This document shows positions 1-9,693 of a DNA stretch of 64,000 bases, in pieces (position 1 is the stretch's first letter; each line of letters opens with the position of its first letter). The notes under the pieces were generated by a model. The model was not told the DNA's origin. It ran no database searches and saw only the letters and a list, made by a program, of their open reading frames with translations. The translations under genes and the position numbers were made by a program. This stretch comes from an uncultured Acidobacteriota bacterium. GTDB taxonomy: Bacteria; Acidobacteriota; Thermoanaerobaculia; Gp7-AA8. The stretch spans positions 480,001 through 544,000 of the forward strand of contig CAWGHO010000001.1 in NCBI GenBank assembly GCA_963822445.1, given 5' to 3'.

Positions 1-880
1 TGCGGCCGTCCTGGGGGCGGCGCTTCTCGGCGATGTCCATGCGGCACATCGTCTTGAGGCGCGAGGTGATGGCGAGGTTCACGAGCTTCGGCACGCGCTG
101 GATCTCGTGCAGCACGCCGTCGATACGGAAGCGGATGTTGGCGTGCTCGCGCTTCGGCTCGATGTGAATGTCGGACGCGCGCGAGTCGTACGCGTGCTGC
201 AGGAGGAAATCGACGGCATTGACGATGTGCGCGTCGCTGGTCTCGATCTCCGTGCCCGACTTGAGCTTGATGTACTGCTCGAGGTTGCCGAGGTCGATCG
301 CGCCTTTGCTCAGGTCGCGCTCGGCCTTGGTGACCGACGCGCGGAAGCCGTACTGCTCGTTGATCACCCCCATCACGTCCGACTCCGACGCGACGACGAT
401 GTCGAGCTCCTGCTTGGCCATCGGCTTGTACGAATCGATGGCGCCGGTGTCGAAGGGGTTGACCACGGCCACGACGAGCTTTCCGTCGCGAACGGCGACC
501 GGAATCATTTTGTGCCGCCGGGCGAAGGGGCGGGAGATCTTCGACTCGATCATCTCCACGTCGAGCTTGAGCGCGTCGATCTTGTAGAACGGCAGATGGG
601 CGTCTTCGGCGATGAGACGCGCCATCAGAAAGTCGTCGATGCGCGTTCCGTTGCCGCTGGCATCGGTGAGGTTCATCGCCGCGATCACGCGGAACGGACT
701 GCCGTCCTCATCGGACCGCGATTTGGAGCTGCGAGCCAGCGTGCGGAAGTGACGGTCCGCCGCTTCGATGTCGGCGCGCTGGCGCTCGTCGACGAAACCC
801 GCCCCGCGAAGAAGATCACCGAGATACGAGACCGTAATCTCGCGCGCGGACTTGGGGATGGGGATGTTGGTGACCGTCAT
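1..880 (-). CDS. GspE/PulE/PilB family secretion or pilus ATPase (N-terminal part; runs off the left edge)
   Basis: Manual translation from ATG at 880 gives MTVTNIPIPK...RASDIHIEP...RFRIDGVLHE...MDIAEKRRPQDGR, the GspE/PilB signature. Absent from the ORF track because its stop is outside the window. Confidence 0.9.
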   Translation of the reverse strand, partial: MTVTNIPIPKSAREITVSYLGDLLRGAGFVDERQRADIEAADRHFRTLARSSKSRSDEDGSPFRVIAAMNLTDASGNGTRIDDFLMARLIAEDAHLPFYKIDALKLDVEMIESKISRPFARRHKMIPVAVRDGKLVVAVVNPFDTGAIDSYKPMAKQELDIVVASESDVMGVINEQYGFRASVTKAERDLSKGAIDLGNLEQYIKLKSGTEIETSDAHIVNAVDFLLQHAYDSRASDIHIEPKREHANIRFRIDGVLHEIQRVPKLVNLAITSRLKTMCRMDIAEKRRPQDGR

Positions 881-883
881 GGT

Positions 884-975
884 GAAGGCAGAAAGCAGAA
901 GGCAGAAGTCAGAAGGGCAGAACTGAGAATTTCATGCGATTGTACTTCTGCCCTCTGCCTTCTGCCCTCCGCCTT
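884..975. repeat. Inverted heptamer tandem repeat (GAAGGCA)n...(TCTGCCY)n
   Basis: GAAGGCA GAAAGCA GAAGGCA GAAGTCA GAAGGGCA followed by TCTGCCC TCTGCCT TCTGCCC TCCGCCT; fills the intergenic gap and can fold back on itself. Confidence 0.8.
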
Positions 976-2154
976 TCAGTGGACCTCCAGCAAAAATCCC
1001 TTGAGGTACTCCCCTTCCGGGCAATACAGCGACACCGGATGATCGGGCCCGGCCGTGAGCCGGCGCACGATCGAGACGCGCCGTCCCGCATCGACCGCAG
1101 CCGCGAAGATCACCTTCTGAAACAGGTCGAGGGACATGTGACCCGAGCAGGAGAACGTCATCATCAATCCGCCCGGCTCGGCGAGACGCATCGCGTGAAG
1201 GTTGATGTCTTTGTAACCGCGCGCCGCGCGATCGACTTCGCCGCGCGATTTGGCAAAGGCCGGCGGGTCGCAGACGATCAGGCCGTACTGCTCGCGATGC
1301 TGCCGTACCCACTGGAAAGCGTCAGCGACGGTGAGCTCCGCCTCGGAATTGTTCAGCGCATGGTTTTCGCGCGCGACTTCGATCGCATCCTTCGACACAT
1401 CGACATTCGTCACCGACGCGGCTCCGCCCGCCGCCGCATACACGCCGAACGCTCCGGTGTACGAAAACAGATTGAGGACGCGTCGTCCCGATGCGAGTGT
1501 TCCCGCGAGCCGGCGGTTTTCGCGCTGATCGAGAAAGAAGCCTGTCTTCTGCCCTTTGCCCGCGTCCACGCGAAATGCAAGGCCGCTTTCGAGAATGCGC
1601 ACCGGCTCGACCGGCTCTTCCTCGGTCGGCAGCCGCTCGATCTCCCGCACTGGAAGATCGTTCTTGAAGTGGATGGCGCGCGGCGCGAGGTCGCGCTCGA
1701 GCGTCTCCACGATCAGCGGTTTGATCAGCTCCACGCCGCGATTGGCGATCTCGACCACGAGGAGGTCGTCGTAGCGATCGATCACCAGACCGCTGAGCTC
1801 ATCGCCGTCAGCGTGGACCAGCCTCGCGCAGTTCGTCGTTTCGTCGAGGATCGGCCGGCGACGCGCGATCGCCCGCGTCAAACGCGCAGCAATCACATCC
1901 GCGGTCAGCTCTTCTTCACCGAACGTGAGCGCCCGCAACCGGATCTGCGAATGACGCGAGTAAAAACCCGAGGCGATGCGCGTGCCTTCGCCGTCCACCA
2001 GATCGCCGATGGCCGCGTCTTCGGGCCCCTTTTCGGTGTGAATCGCACCGGCGAAGATCCAGGGATGGCGATTCGCGACGACACGCTCTTTTCCGCGTTT
2101 CAGAACAAGCGTTCGCCTTTGTTTCGAATCGAACACGTTCGGAAGGTTGGTCAT
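976..2154 (-). CDS. RlmI/RlmK-like class I SAM-dependent rRNA methyltransferase
   Basis: PUA-like HPWIF N-terminus, GQKTGFFLDQRENR, VLNLFSYTGAF, CDPPAF and TFSCSG motifs; start taken at MTNLPN (2154). Confidence 0.9.
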   Translation of the reverse strand: MTNLPNVFDSKQRRTLVLKRGKERVVANRHPWIFAGAIHTEKGPEDAAIGDLVDGEGTRIASGFYSRHSQIRLRALTFGEEELTADVIAARLTRAIARRRPILDETTNCARLVHADGDELSGLVIDRYDDLLVVEIANRGVELIKPLIVETLERDLAPRAIHFKNDLPVREIERLPTEEEPVEPVRILESGLAFRVDAGKGQKTGFFLDQRENRRLAGTLASGRRVLNLFSYTGAFGVYAAAGGAASVTNVDVSKDAIEVARENHALNNSEAELTVADAFQWVRQHREQYGLIVCDPPAFAKSRGEVDRAARGYKDINLHAMRLAEPGGLMMTFSCSGHMSLDLFQKVIFAAAVDAGRRVSIVRRLTAGPDHPVSLYCPEGEYLKGFLLEVH

Positions 2155-2170
2155 CGGTATAATCGCCGCC

Positions 2171-2674
2171 ATGCCATCGCTGGCGACCAAGCAGTTCCAC
2201 ACCCAGTGCCAGGAAGAGGTCTACCGGCAGGTGAAGTCGTACCTCGATGAGCTGGTGGACGAGCACTTCGATGACGCATCGCACTGCGACTTCTATCTCA
2301 AGTACGGCTCGACCGTGCTGGAGATCTCGATCGATCCGTACGAGGAAGACGACGCGGTCATCGAGATCCTCGCCTTCTGCGTGCAGGGTGCCGACCCCAC
2401 GTTCGAGCTGATGCAGGAGCTGCTGCTGCTCAATGCCGAGGTGCCGCTGGGGGCGTTCAGCGTGGTCGGCAATGACATCTACTACTCGCACTCGTTCCTC
2501 GGCCGCCGCCTCCGTCCGGAGCAACTGATCGCCTCGCTCGACAGCGTGGCCAGCATCTCCGACCTCTACGACGAGCGCCTCGTTGCCAAGTACGGCGGCG
2601 AGACCGCGCTGGAGCGTATCCGCAGCAATGCGGACATCGGCCGCGCCGCCGCCGCTCACGCGCAGAACAACTGA
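2171..2674 (+). CDS. YbjN/CesT-like chaperone-fold protein
   Basis: Acidic 167-aa ORF with ELLLLNAEVPLGAFSV pattern and terminal helix IASLDSVASISDLYDERL; TATAAT lies 7 nt before the ATG. Confidence 0.65.
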   Translation: MPSLATKQFHTQCQEEVYRQVKSYLDELVDEHFDDASHCDFYLKYGSTVLEISIDPYEEDDAVIEILAFCVQGADPTFELMQELLLLNAEVPLGAFSVVGNDIYYSHSFLGRRLRPEQLIASLDSVASISDLYDERLVAKYGGETALERIRSNADIGRAAAAHAQNN

Positions 2675-2689
2675 CCGAGCGAAGCGAGT

Positions 2690-2716
2690 GTCATCCTGAG
2701 CGCAGTCGAAGGATCT
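2690..2716. repeat. REP-like short palindromic element GTCATCCTGAGCGCAGTCGAAGGATCT
   Basis: ATCCT...AGGAT stem directly after a stop codon. Resembles dispersed intergenic repeats from recollection; only one copy in this window. Confidence 0.45.
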
Positions 2717-2718
2717 AC

Positions 2719-2732
2719 GGCACATCGATTGC
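2719..2732 (+). promoter_or_regulatory. Putative sigma-54 (-24/-12) promoter
   Basis: GGCAC-ATCGA-TTGC fits GG-N10-GC, 14 nt upstream of the lipoprotein ATG. Confidence 0.55.
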
Positions 2733-2746
2733 TCTCTAAAGCCGTA

Positions 2747-3361
2747 ATGACGACTCGAATCGGAGCCGCAGCGGCGATTCTCACACTCGCGCTCGCTTCC
2801 ACCGCCTGCACCGGCGGCAGCGAGACGAATGCCGCAGAAGAGGCGCCGAAAGCCACGACCGCAGCTGTTGCGGCCCAGGAGAAGATCGACGCGCGGCGCG
2901 AGCTCGAATCGATCAGCCGGGCCATCCCCATCTATCACGGCGCCCAGTTCAATCCCGACCTCAGCAAGCGCGACGAGATCACGATCCGCAATCAGTTCGG
3001 CCCGAATGCCGAGGTCTACACCCTGGCCACGGACGACTCGTTCCCCCAGGTCTTCCACTACTACACGACCTACCTCGGCCAGTTCGGCGGATATCAGCCC
3101 CAGGACACCTATCCCCCGAAACAGCAGAACTGGCGCAATCTCGAGGTGCAGCTCAATCAGGCCATGCAGGACCCCTTCATCCCCGGCCAGGGCATCGATC
3201 CCACCGGCCGCCAGGTGACCCTGCAGATCGCGGAGACCGAGGCCGAGCCGAAGACGGTGATCCGGTACGTGGTGACGCCGTATTCGCCGCCGGCGGCCGC
3301 GCCGCCACCCCCGGTTGCCGCAGTGACGACTCCGGCGCAGACACAGCCTGTGACACGATAG
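2747..3361 (+). CDS. Hypothetical lipoprotein
   Basis: Hydrophobic N-terminus ending LASTAC (lipobox-like), Pro-rich tail, host-like codon usage. Confidence 0.7.
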   Translation: MTTRIGAAAAILTLALASTACTGGSETNAAEEAPKATTAAVAAQEKIDARRELESISRAIPIYHGAQFNPDLSKRDEITIRNQFGPNAEVYTLATDDSFPQVFHYYTTYLGQFGGYQPQDTYPPKQQNWRNLEVQLNQAMQDPFIPGQGIDPTGRQVTLQIAETEAEPKTVIRYVVTPYSPPAAAPPPPVAAVTTPAQTQPVTR

Positions 3362-3437
3362 AGGCTCAAAGGCGCAAGGGCTCAAAGGCGCAAAGCTTTG
3401 AGCCTCTGAGCCTCTGAGCCTCTGAGCCTTTGAGCCT
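3362..3437. repeat. Inverted octamer tandem repeat (GGCKCAAR)n...(TYTGAGCC)n
   Basis: GGCTCAAA GGCGCAAG GGCTCAAA GGCGCAAA then TTTGAGCC, TCTGAGCC x3, TTTGAGCC; fills the whole intergenic gap. Confidence 0.8.
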
Positions 3438-3439
3438 TC

Positions 3440-4216
3440 ATGTTTTCCCGCATCCTCATCCCCACCGACTTCTCGACCGCTTCCGAGTGGGTCTTCGACG
3501 ATGCCGTGCGCATTGCCGGCGCGTCGGGGGCGGAGATCGTCATCCTCCATGTGCGCATGACGCGCACTTCGCATCCCGACGAATTGCGCTTCCCCGCCGA
3601 CGCGTCGATCTACGAGTATGCCGAGCAGCAGGAGCTCGATCGCCTTCGCGATCGCGTGCGGCGCGCCAACGCGACCGTCGCCACGCGGCTGATCGTGCGG
3701 CAGGCGCCGGATCCGGGGCATGAGATCTGTCGGACTGCCGAGGCGGAGAACGTGGACCTCATCGTCATCGCCACGCACGCGCGGCATCACGTCTCCCACC
3801 TGTTCATCGGAGCGACGACCGTGGCCGTGATCGAAAACCCTCCTGCACCGGTGCTCGCCATCCGCTACGGAATTCGCAAGCGATCCGAGCTTCATCGCGT
3901 GATCGTGCCGGTGCATTTCGAACAGACCTCGCGCGCCGCGCTGGAGCTCGCGACGCGCATGAACCTCGAAGTACAACTCGTGATCGTCTGTGATGAGAAA
4001 GACACGGCGCGCGCCGAAGCTCACTTGCGGTCGCTCGATATCCCGAGCGCCACGACGCGCGTGATCCAGGGCGACGATGCTCACAAGGAGATCGTCCGCT
4101 ACGCCGCGAAGTCGGACGTCGACGCGATTTTCCTGAACGCCGCGAAAGAACCGACCGAGGGGAAGCTGGACATCATTCGCCACGCGCCGGTGCCGGTCAT
4201 GGTCGTTCCGGCGTAG
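3440..4216 (+). CDS. Universal stress protein, tandem USP domains
   Basis: ILIPTDFS, VDLIVIATH, PAPVLAI and a second domain ending RHAPVPVMVVP. Confidence 0.9.
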   Translation: MFSRILIPTDFSTASEWVFDDAVRIAGASGAEIVILHVRMTRTSHPDELRFPADASIYEYAEQQELDRLRDRVRRANATVATRLIVRQAPDPGHEICRTAEAENVDLIVIATHARHHVSHLFIGATTVAVIENPPAPVLAIRYGIRKRSELHRVIVPVHFEQTSRAALELATRMNLEVQLVIVCDEKDTARAEAHLRSLDIPSATTRVIQGDDAHKEIVRYAAKSDVDAIFLNAAKEPTEGKLDIIRHAPVPVMVVPA

Positions 4217-7007
4217 TGCGCATCGTCTCGATCAGCTCTGCAACGCTCTCGAATCGCTCCTCCGCCTTTTTCGAGAGCGCGCGCTCCAGCGCGTCGGACA
4301 CGTGCTGCGGGATGTCGGGGACGACTTCGCGGATCGGCGGAAACGGCACTTCCGTGTGGCCCCGGACGACGGACGCCAGATCGGTCGAGCGTCCGAGGGG
4401 ATGTTCGCCGGCGATCAGTTCATAGGCGATCAAAGCGAGGCTGTACTGATCGGATTTCGGATCGGCGTTCTTCCCGCTGAGGACTTCCGGCGCCATGTAC
4501 ATGAGCGTCCCGACGACGCCCGCGCTGTGACCCGATTGCACGAGCGTGGCCTCGTCCTCACCGATCGGGCCTGTGAGCTTGGCCAGGCCGAAATCGAGCA
4601 CGCGCGGCGCGAGGACCGAGTGCGAGCGCACGATCATGATGTTCTCCGGCTTGAGATCGCGATGGACGACGCCGACTTTGTGAGCCGCGTCGACGGCCTC
4701 ACCGACCGGCGCGAGGATGCTCAACGCGGCGCCGAGCGGCTGCGGCCCCGAGGCGATCGTCTTTCGCAGCGTGTCGCCGTCGAGATACTCCATCACAAGG
4801 TACGCGTGGCCCGAGGGCAGCACCCCGAAGTCGTGAATGGTGACGATGGCCGGGTGCTTGAGACGCGCGACGATCCGCGCTTCGCGCTCGAACCGAGTGC
4901 GCATCGAAGCACTGCCTACCAGATGCGCGAGGAGCACTTTGATCGCGACCGGCCGGTTGAGCCGCTTCTGCGTCGCGAGATACACCGACCCCATTCCGCC
5001 GCGTCCCAGAAGCCGCGTAACGACGTACTTCTCCTCGATGACGTGCGGCACGCCCGATTCGGAAACGAGATCCTGCTGATCGAGCTCGCACTTCACCGCG
5101 TCCGGCGCGTAGCAGCGGTCGCAGCGCGGACAAAGCCGGACGACGTCGCTCATCTGCAGATGGACCGGCGCAGGCGTCGGCGGCGACCAGACCAGCGACG
5201 GCGAATGCTTGAGCCGCGTGTAATCGAGGGTGAGCGCGAGCTGCCCGCCCAGCATCCGCAACAGCTCGCGATCCTCACCCCCGTACGGCTCCTCGGACAT
5301 CCGCTCGCCGAGCACCATCACGCCGGCGAGCCGGCGATCGATCAGGAGCGGCACGATGAGATGCGCGTCGGCGAGTCGCAGCCACTCCCGTTCCTCGTCG
5401 GACAGCCGTTGCAGCAACACTTTGGTCTGCCGCCCATGCACGTCCAGCGGCTCCTCGTCGTTCGCGAGCAGTGCGGCGAGCGTTCCGTTCGCGCTCAGCG
5501 GTGGGACGTCCGCCGGTACCTCACCGCGATGAAAGCCGCGATGCAATTGGGCGCCCTCCGGATCGAGCGGCCAGAGGGAGATGTGTTTCGGGTGCAGGGC
5601 TTTGTCGATCTCATCGAGCGACGCGCGAGAGATCGCGAGCACGTCCGATCCGCCGCGCACGATCGATACGACGTGCAGGAGCAGGCGCCGGGCGTCGTAC
5701 TGCTCGCGGAAGAAGCGGCGATCGAGCGCTTCGAGGAGGCGGTTGCGATAGCGGATGACAGCGATCAGCGGAAGGATGAGCAGCAGGTAAACGCCGGGCG
5801 TGGCGATCAACAGGTCCGCCAGCGAGTCGCGACGATGACGGTACAGGAAGAACGCCAGGCCGAGGATCGGCAGCGACATCAGCACGAGCAACGTGCTGCG
5901 AGCCAGCGCGTACTGCAGGCTGCGCCGCACCAGGACGCGGATGTTGTACATGCGGTGCCGGACGACCGCGTACGCGTAAAGAGCCGAGCCGATCGCCGTC
6001 GCCGGCATCTGCAGGAGCCGTGAGACCTGGCTCCAGCCGAAGCCGAGGTTCAGGGTGTTCACCGTGTAATCGAAGATGAACGCGCCGGCCCCAGGCAGCA
6101 GCGACAGGAAAACGAGCTTCACGCGGCGGCGCGCATTCGCGTCCTCCATGCGCCGAAAGCGCACCACCAGGATGACCAGCGACGCGAGCAGGAGCAGCGC
6201 GCCGGTCGGCGAATACGCGTCCGTCCACGGTAATGGCGCACGTCCCACATTGCCGCGGAGTCGCTCGAAGCTGTGGGCGACAATTTCGATGAACGTCGGA
6301 ATCACTGCGATGTAGGGCAGCCACTCCCACCACCGCCGCTTCTCGGACCGCTCGCTCGGGAAGATCAGCGCGAAGTGCACGACCACGGAGAAGAAGAACG
6401 ACGCGAAGGCCGCGTCGATCAGCACCAACGGGACCCGCAACGGCTCCGGAATCGCACGCCACACGATCCCGAAGCCGGAGAGGTTGAACATGAACATGCA
6501 GCCGGCCCAATAGACCAGCGACATGGCCGAGATCCGCGCGTCGCGATAGTCCGGCCGCAGGAGCAGCAGCGCGACGCCGAGGCTGATCATGAAGACGTGC
6601 AGCGGATAGGAGAGGTAATTCGCGATCGCCGAGACCGTCCGCGCGCCGCCCGCGCGGAAGCTCCGCCAACGGAGTGTGTTGTTCGCGACGGTCGTGATCC
6701 GCAGTGTCTTCGTCGTGCCGTCGCGCTCGATCACCACCGGCACCGTGTCGCCTGCTTTCACGAAGTAGAGAGGCACGACCTCGACGCCGACGGGATGTCC
6801 GTTGAGCGAGACGATCGTGTCGCCGACCTTCAGACCCGCCTCTTTCGCCGGACCGTCGGCGGTGACGTGCAGGACTTTGCCGGTGCTACGCGCGTACTCG
6901 GCGCCGATCGTCGGGCGCGTGGTGAGACTGTAGAAATTGAGCGTGAGAATCGCTGTAGCGACGATGACCTGTGCCCAGCAGAACATCACCAGCGGACGCG
7001 TTTTCAT
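4197..7007 (-). CDS. Membrane Ser/Thr protein kinase (PDZ - multi-TM - GAF - kinase)
   Basis: GPAKEAGLKVGDTIV (PDZ), several TM helices, GAF-like segment, LGRGGMGSVY, VAIK, HRDLKPEN, DFG and YMAPE. Confidence 0.92.
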   Translation of the reverse strand: MKTRPLVMFCWAQVIVATAILTLNFYSLTTRPTIGAEYARSTGKVLHVTADGPAKEAGLKVGDTIVSLNGHPVGVEVVPLYFVKAGDTVPVVIERDGTTKTLRITTVANNTLRWRSFRAGGARTVSAIANYLSYPLHVFMISLGVALLLLRPDYRDARISAMSLVYWAGCMFMFNLSGFGIVWRAIPEPLRVPLVLIDAAFASFFFSVVVHFALIFPSERSEKRRWWEWLPYIAVIPTFIEIVAHSFERLRGNVGRAPLPWTDAYSPTGALLLLASLVILVVRFRRMEDANARRRVKLVFLSLLPGAGAFIFDYTVNTLNLGFGWSQVSRLLQMPATAIGSALYAYAVVRHRMYNIRVLVRRSLQYALARSTLLVLMSLPILGLAFFLYRHRRDSLADLLIATPGVYLLLILPLIAVIRYRNRLLEALDRRFFREQYDARRLLLHVVSIVRGGSDVLAISRASLDEIDKALHPKHISLWPLDPEGAQLHRGFHRGEVPADVPPLSANGTLAALLANDEEPLDVHGRQTKVLLQRLSDEEREWLRLADAHLIVPLLIDRRLAGVMVLGERMSEEPYGGEDRELLRMLGGQLALTLDYTRLKHSPSLVWSPPTPAPVHLQMSDVVRLCPRCDRCYAPDAVKCELDQQDLVSESGVPHVIEEKYVVTRLLGRGGMGSVYLATQKRLNRPVAIKVLLAHLVGSASMRTRFEREARIVARLKHPAIVTIHDFGVLPSGHAYLVMEYLDGDTLRKTIASGPQPLGAALSILAPVGEAVDAAHKVGVVHRDLKPENIMIVRSHSVLAPRVLDFGLAKLTGPIGEDEATLVQSGHSAGVVGTLMYMAPEVLSGKNADPKSDQYSLALIAYELIAGEHPLGRSTDLASVVRGHTEVPFPPIREVVPDIPQHVSDALERALSKKAEERFESVAELIETMRTTPERP

Positions 7008-7046
7008 CTCTGGATGGGGACCTGTCCCGATTGTACGATGCGGCTC

Positions 7047-7562
7047 ATGAGCAACGAGTTACGGATCCGCGCCGCGACCGAGGAGGACGTCCCGCTGATC
7101 CTCCGCTTCATCCGCGAGCTGGCGGAGTACGAAAAGCTGCCGCACGAATGCGTGGCCACGGAAGATTCGGTGCGATCGACGCTGTTCGGCACTCCCCGCT
7201 TCGCCGAGGTGCTGATCGGTGAGATCGACAGAGAGCCGGCCGGTTTCGCGCTCTTCTTTCACAACTACTCGACCTTCCTCGCGCGTCCGGGCATCTATCT
7301 CGAGGATCTGTACGTCCGCCCCGAGTGTCGCGGGAAAGGCTACGGCCGGGCGCTGCTGGTTCGGCTGGCGGAGATCGCGCGCGAGCGAAATTGCGGCCGT
7401 CTGGAATGGGCCGTTCTCACCTGGAACGAGCCCGCCATCCGCTTCTACAAAAGCCTCGGCGCGCGCCCGCTCGATGAGTGGATTACGTTCCGCCTGACCG
7501 GGAAAGAGCTGGCCGATTTGGCCGTGTTATCCTCGACGGCCTCACCTGACGTGCGGGGTTAG
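7047..7562 (+). CDS. GNAT family N-acetyltransferase (diamine/spermidine acetyltransferase-like)
   Basis: IRELAEYEK, YLEDLYV, RGKGYG and WNEPAIRFYKSLG motifs; TACGAT 7 nt upstream of ATG 7047. Confidence 0.9.
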   Translation: MSNELRIRAATEEDVPLILRFIRELAEYEKLPHECVATEDSVRSTLFGTPRFAEVLIGEIDREPAGFALFFHNYSTFLARPGIYLEDLYVRPECRGKGYGRALLVRLAEIARERNCGRLEWAVLTWNEPAIRFYKSLGARPLDEWITFRLTGKELADLAVLSSTASPDVRG

Positions 7563-7627
7563 CTCAGCGGTAGAGCATCTCGTTTACACCGAGGGGGTCG
7601 GGGGTTCGAATCCCTCACTCCGCACCA
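7553..7627 (+). tRNA. tRNA-Val(TAC)
   Basis: Acceptor GCGGGGT/ACTCCGC + ACCA, D arm AGCTCAGCGGTAGAGC, anticodon arm TCTCG-TTTACAC-CGAGG, T loop GGTTCGAATCC. Confidence 0.97.
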
Positions 7628-7635
7628 ACCCCCAA

Positions 7636-9618
7636 TCACCACCAACGCTTGAAGTTCTTCGGCTTCCGCGCGGGCGCTTCCGGCGTCGTGACGGTCGACG
7701 ACTGCTCCGATCCTTTCGGCACGCGCACCGTCACGCTGCTTTCGCTTGCGTTGCCTGAGAAGTCAGTACAGCGAACGTGAACGAAGTACAGCCGCTCGTC
7801 ACCGTCGTCGCGTTCCGCGCGCAGTTCCAGGCTCAGATCCGACACGAGGTTGAAGTCGTCATCGAGAGTCTGGTTGGACGTCACGTCGAACACGGCACAA
7901 CGGGGCATCGGATCGACGACGTCGCTGGCTTCGACAGTCACCGTCACAGTTGCGAACTTGCTGTTCGGCGGCGAGAGCTCGTCCGGCGTCGCCTTGACGT
8001 TGGAGATCATCGGTGAAAGCGAATCGACGACGGTGACGTCGAAGTCATCCTCGGCGTTATTGCCGAGATCGTCCGTCGCGACGCAATGAACCGTCGTCGT
8101 TCCGAGCGGGAACGTCGAGCCGGACTGCGGATCGCGTGTGATGTCCGGATCCGGATCCGACGTTCCGCCGGCGGTGACAGTGAACGTGACCATGGTGCCG
8201 TCGCCACTCTCCGCTTCCGCAACCACCGCATCCGGCACGTCGATCACGAGCGTCTCGGCCGGCTTGTCTTTCGGTACGCGCACCGTGACGCTGCTCTCGC
8301 TTGCATTGCGCGAGCTGTCGGTGCAGCGAACGTGAACGAAGTACAACCGCTCCTCGCCTTCGAGCTCAGCGCGCAGTTCGATGTTCAGATCCGACACCAG
8401 CTTGAAGTCGCCGTCGATGGTCTGGTTCGACGTTACGTCGAACACCGCGCAACGCGGCATCGGATCGACGAAATCGCTCGCTTCGACCTTGATCGCCACC
8501 GCCACGAATTCGTTGTTCGGCGGCGAGAGTACGTCCGGCGTCGCGGTGACGCTGGAGATCGCCGGCGACACCGTGTCGGCGACGGTGACGGTGAAGGCGT
8601 CCTCGGCCGTATTGCCGAAGTCGTCTTTCGCTACGCAATGAACCGTCGTCGTGCCGATGGGGAAGTTCGAGCCCGACTGCGGGTTGCAGGTGATTTCAGG
8701 ATCCGGATCCGAGGTTCCGTGTGCGGTGACGGTGAACGTCACCACGGCACCATTCGCCGTCTCTGCTTCCGCGGTGATCGGATCGGGAACGTCGATCACG
8801 AGTCTTTGCTCGTCGCTCGTGACTTCGACGGTGAACGTCCCCGTGCCTGTGTTGGCAGACGAATCGGTAGCGCTGCAGGCGACAGTCGTCTTGCCGATCG
8901 GGAAGCGCGACCCTGACGCAGGATTGCACGTCACCTGGAGATTGCCATCGATCGTGTCCGTGGCAGTGGCTTCGAACGTCACGACGGTGCCATCCGGTCC
9001 ATCGGCGCGCACGACGATGTCCTCGGGCACAGTGACGATCGGAATCCCGACGTCGTAGATGAAGATCGACAACCCGCCCTCGGCGCGCTCGCCGAACGAG
9101 TTCGTGGCCACGCAACGCACATGCGTGGTTCCCAGCGGGAACACCGAGCCGGAAGGCGGTTCGCAGGTGACCTGCGGATTCGGATCCCTTCCGCCGTAGG
9201 TCTGAACCTCGTACGTGACCTTCGCGCCTTCCCTGCTCGTCGCGACCATGGCGATCGGGTCCTGCCCAAGGATCATGAGCCGCTCAGGCTCGGGATCGAA
9301 GACCTTGAACGTCGCCGGGCCGGAGTCGCCTGTCGGCCCGCCGAGCACGGTCACGCTGTACGTCCCCGCCGTGACGGCCACCTCGGTAGGCACCCAGACG
9401 TCGACTTTGTCGCCGCTGGCGGCACTACCCTCGACCTCGATCTCACCCGCGGGGCCGGAAAAACGCACCCGATCGCCGAGCTCGGTTCCGTAGATGATCA
9501 AGAGTCGTTCACCGCTGTTCACTGCGATCGTGTCGGGGTCGATGAGGCGAATCGTCCCAGCCGTTGCAGTTGATGCCGCGAGGATCATGAGAAGGCCGAA
9601 CGCGACGTTCTTCATCAT
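7636..9618 (-). CDS. Secreted HYR-domain protein with an internal module duplication
   Basis: Signal peptide MMKNVAFGLLMILAASTATA; four HYR-like repeats (SGSxFPxGxTxVxCxAT/K); ~555-bp duplication of 7715-8250 and 8270-8802. Confidence 0.88.
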   Translation of the reverse strand: MMKNVAFGLLMILAASTATAGTIRLIDPDTIAVNSGERLLIIYGTELGDRVRFSGPAGEIEVEGSAASGDKVDVWVPTEVAVTAGTYSVTVLGGPTGDSGPATFKVFDPEPERLMILGQDPIAMVATSREGAKVTYEVQTYGGRDPNPQVTCEPPSGSVFPLGTTHVRCVATNSFGERAEGGLSIFIYDVGIPIVTVPEDIVVRADGPDGTVVTFEATATDTIDGNLQVTCNPASGSRFPIGKTTVACSATDSSANTGTGTFTVEVTSDEQRLVIDVPDPITAEAETANGAVVTFTVTAHGTSDPDPEITCNPQSGSNFPIGTTTVHCVAKDDFGNTAEDAFTVTVADTVSPAISSVTATPDVLSPPNNEFVAVAIKVEASDFVDPMPRCAVFDVTSNQTIDGDFKLVSDLNIELRAELEGEERLYFVHVRCTDSSRNASESSVTVRVPKDKPAETLVIDVPDAVVAEAESGDGTMVTFTVTAGGTSDPDPDITRDPQSGSTFPLGTTTVHCVATDDLGNNAEDDFDVTVVDSLSPMISNVKATPDELSPPNSKFATVTVTVEASDVVDPMPRCAVFDVTSNQTLDDDFNLVSDLSLELRAERDDGDERLYFVHVRCTDFSGNASESSVTVRVPKGSEQSSTVTTPEAPARKPKNFKRWW

Positions 9619-9693
9619 GGGCGGTGGCTCCTTGGGGTCAGGCGTGTCCGGCAGCAAAACGCGGGCCGGAGCGAGGTAAGATCGCGCCTCTTC

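Noticed and set aside
107-6023. Long ORFs 107-1042, 934-2250, 1916-4183 and 4302-6023
   Set aside because: Antisense shadows of well-supported genes, expected in high-GC DNA; the same applies to 12947-14620, 32040-33482, 40617-42302 and 62135-63634.
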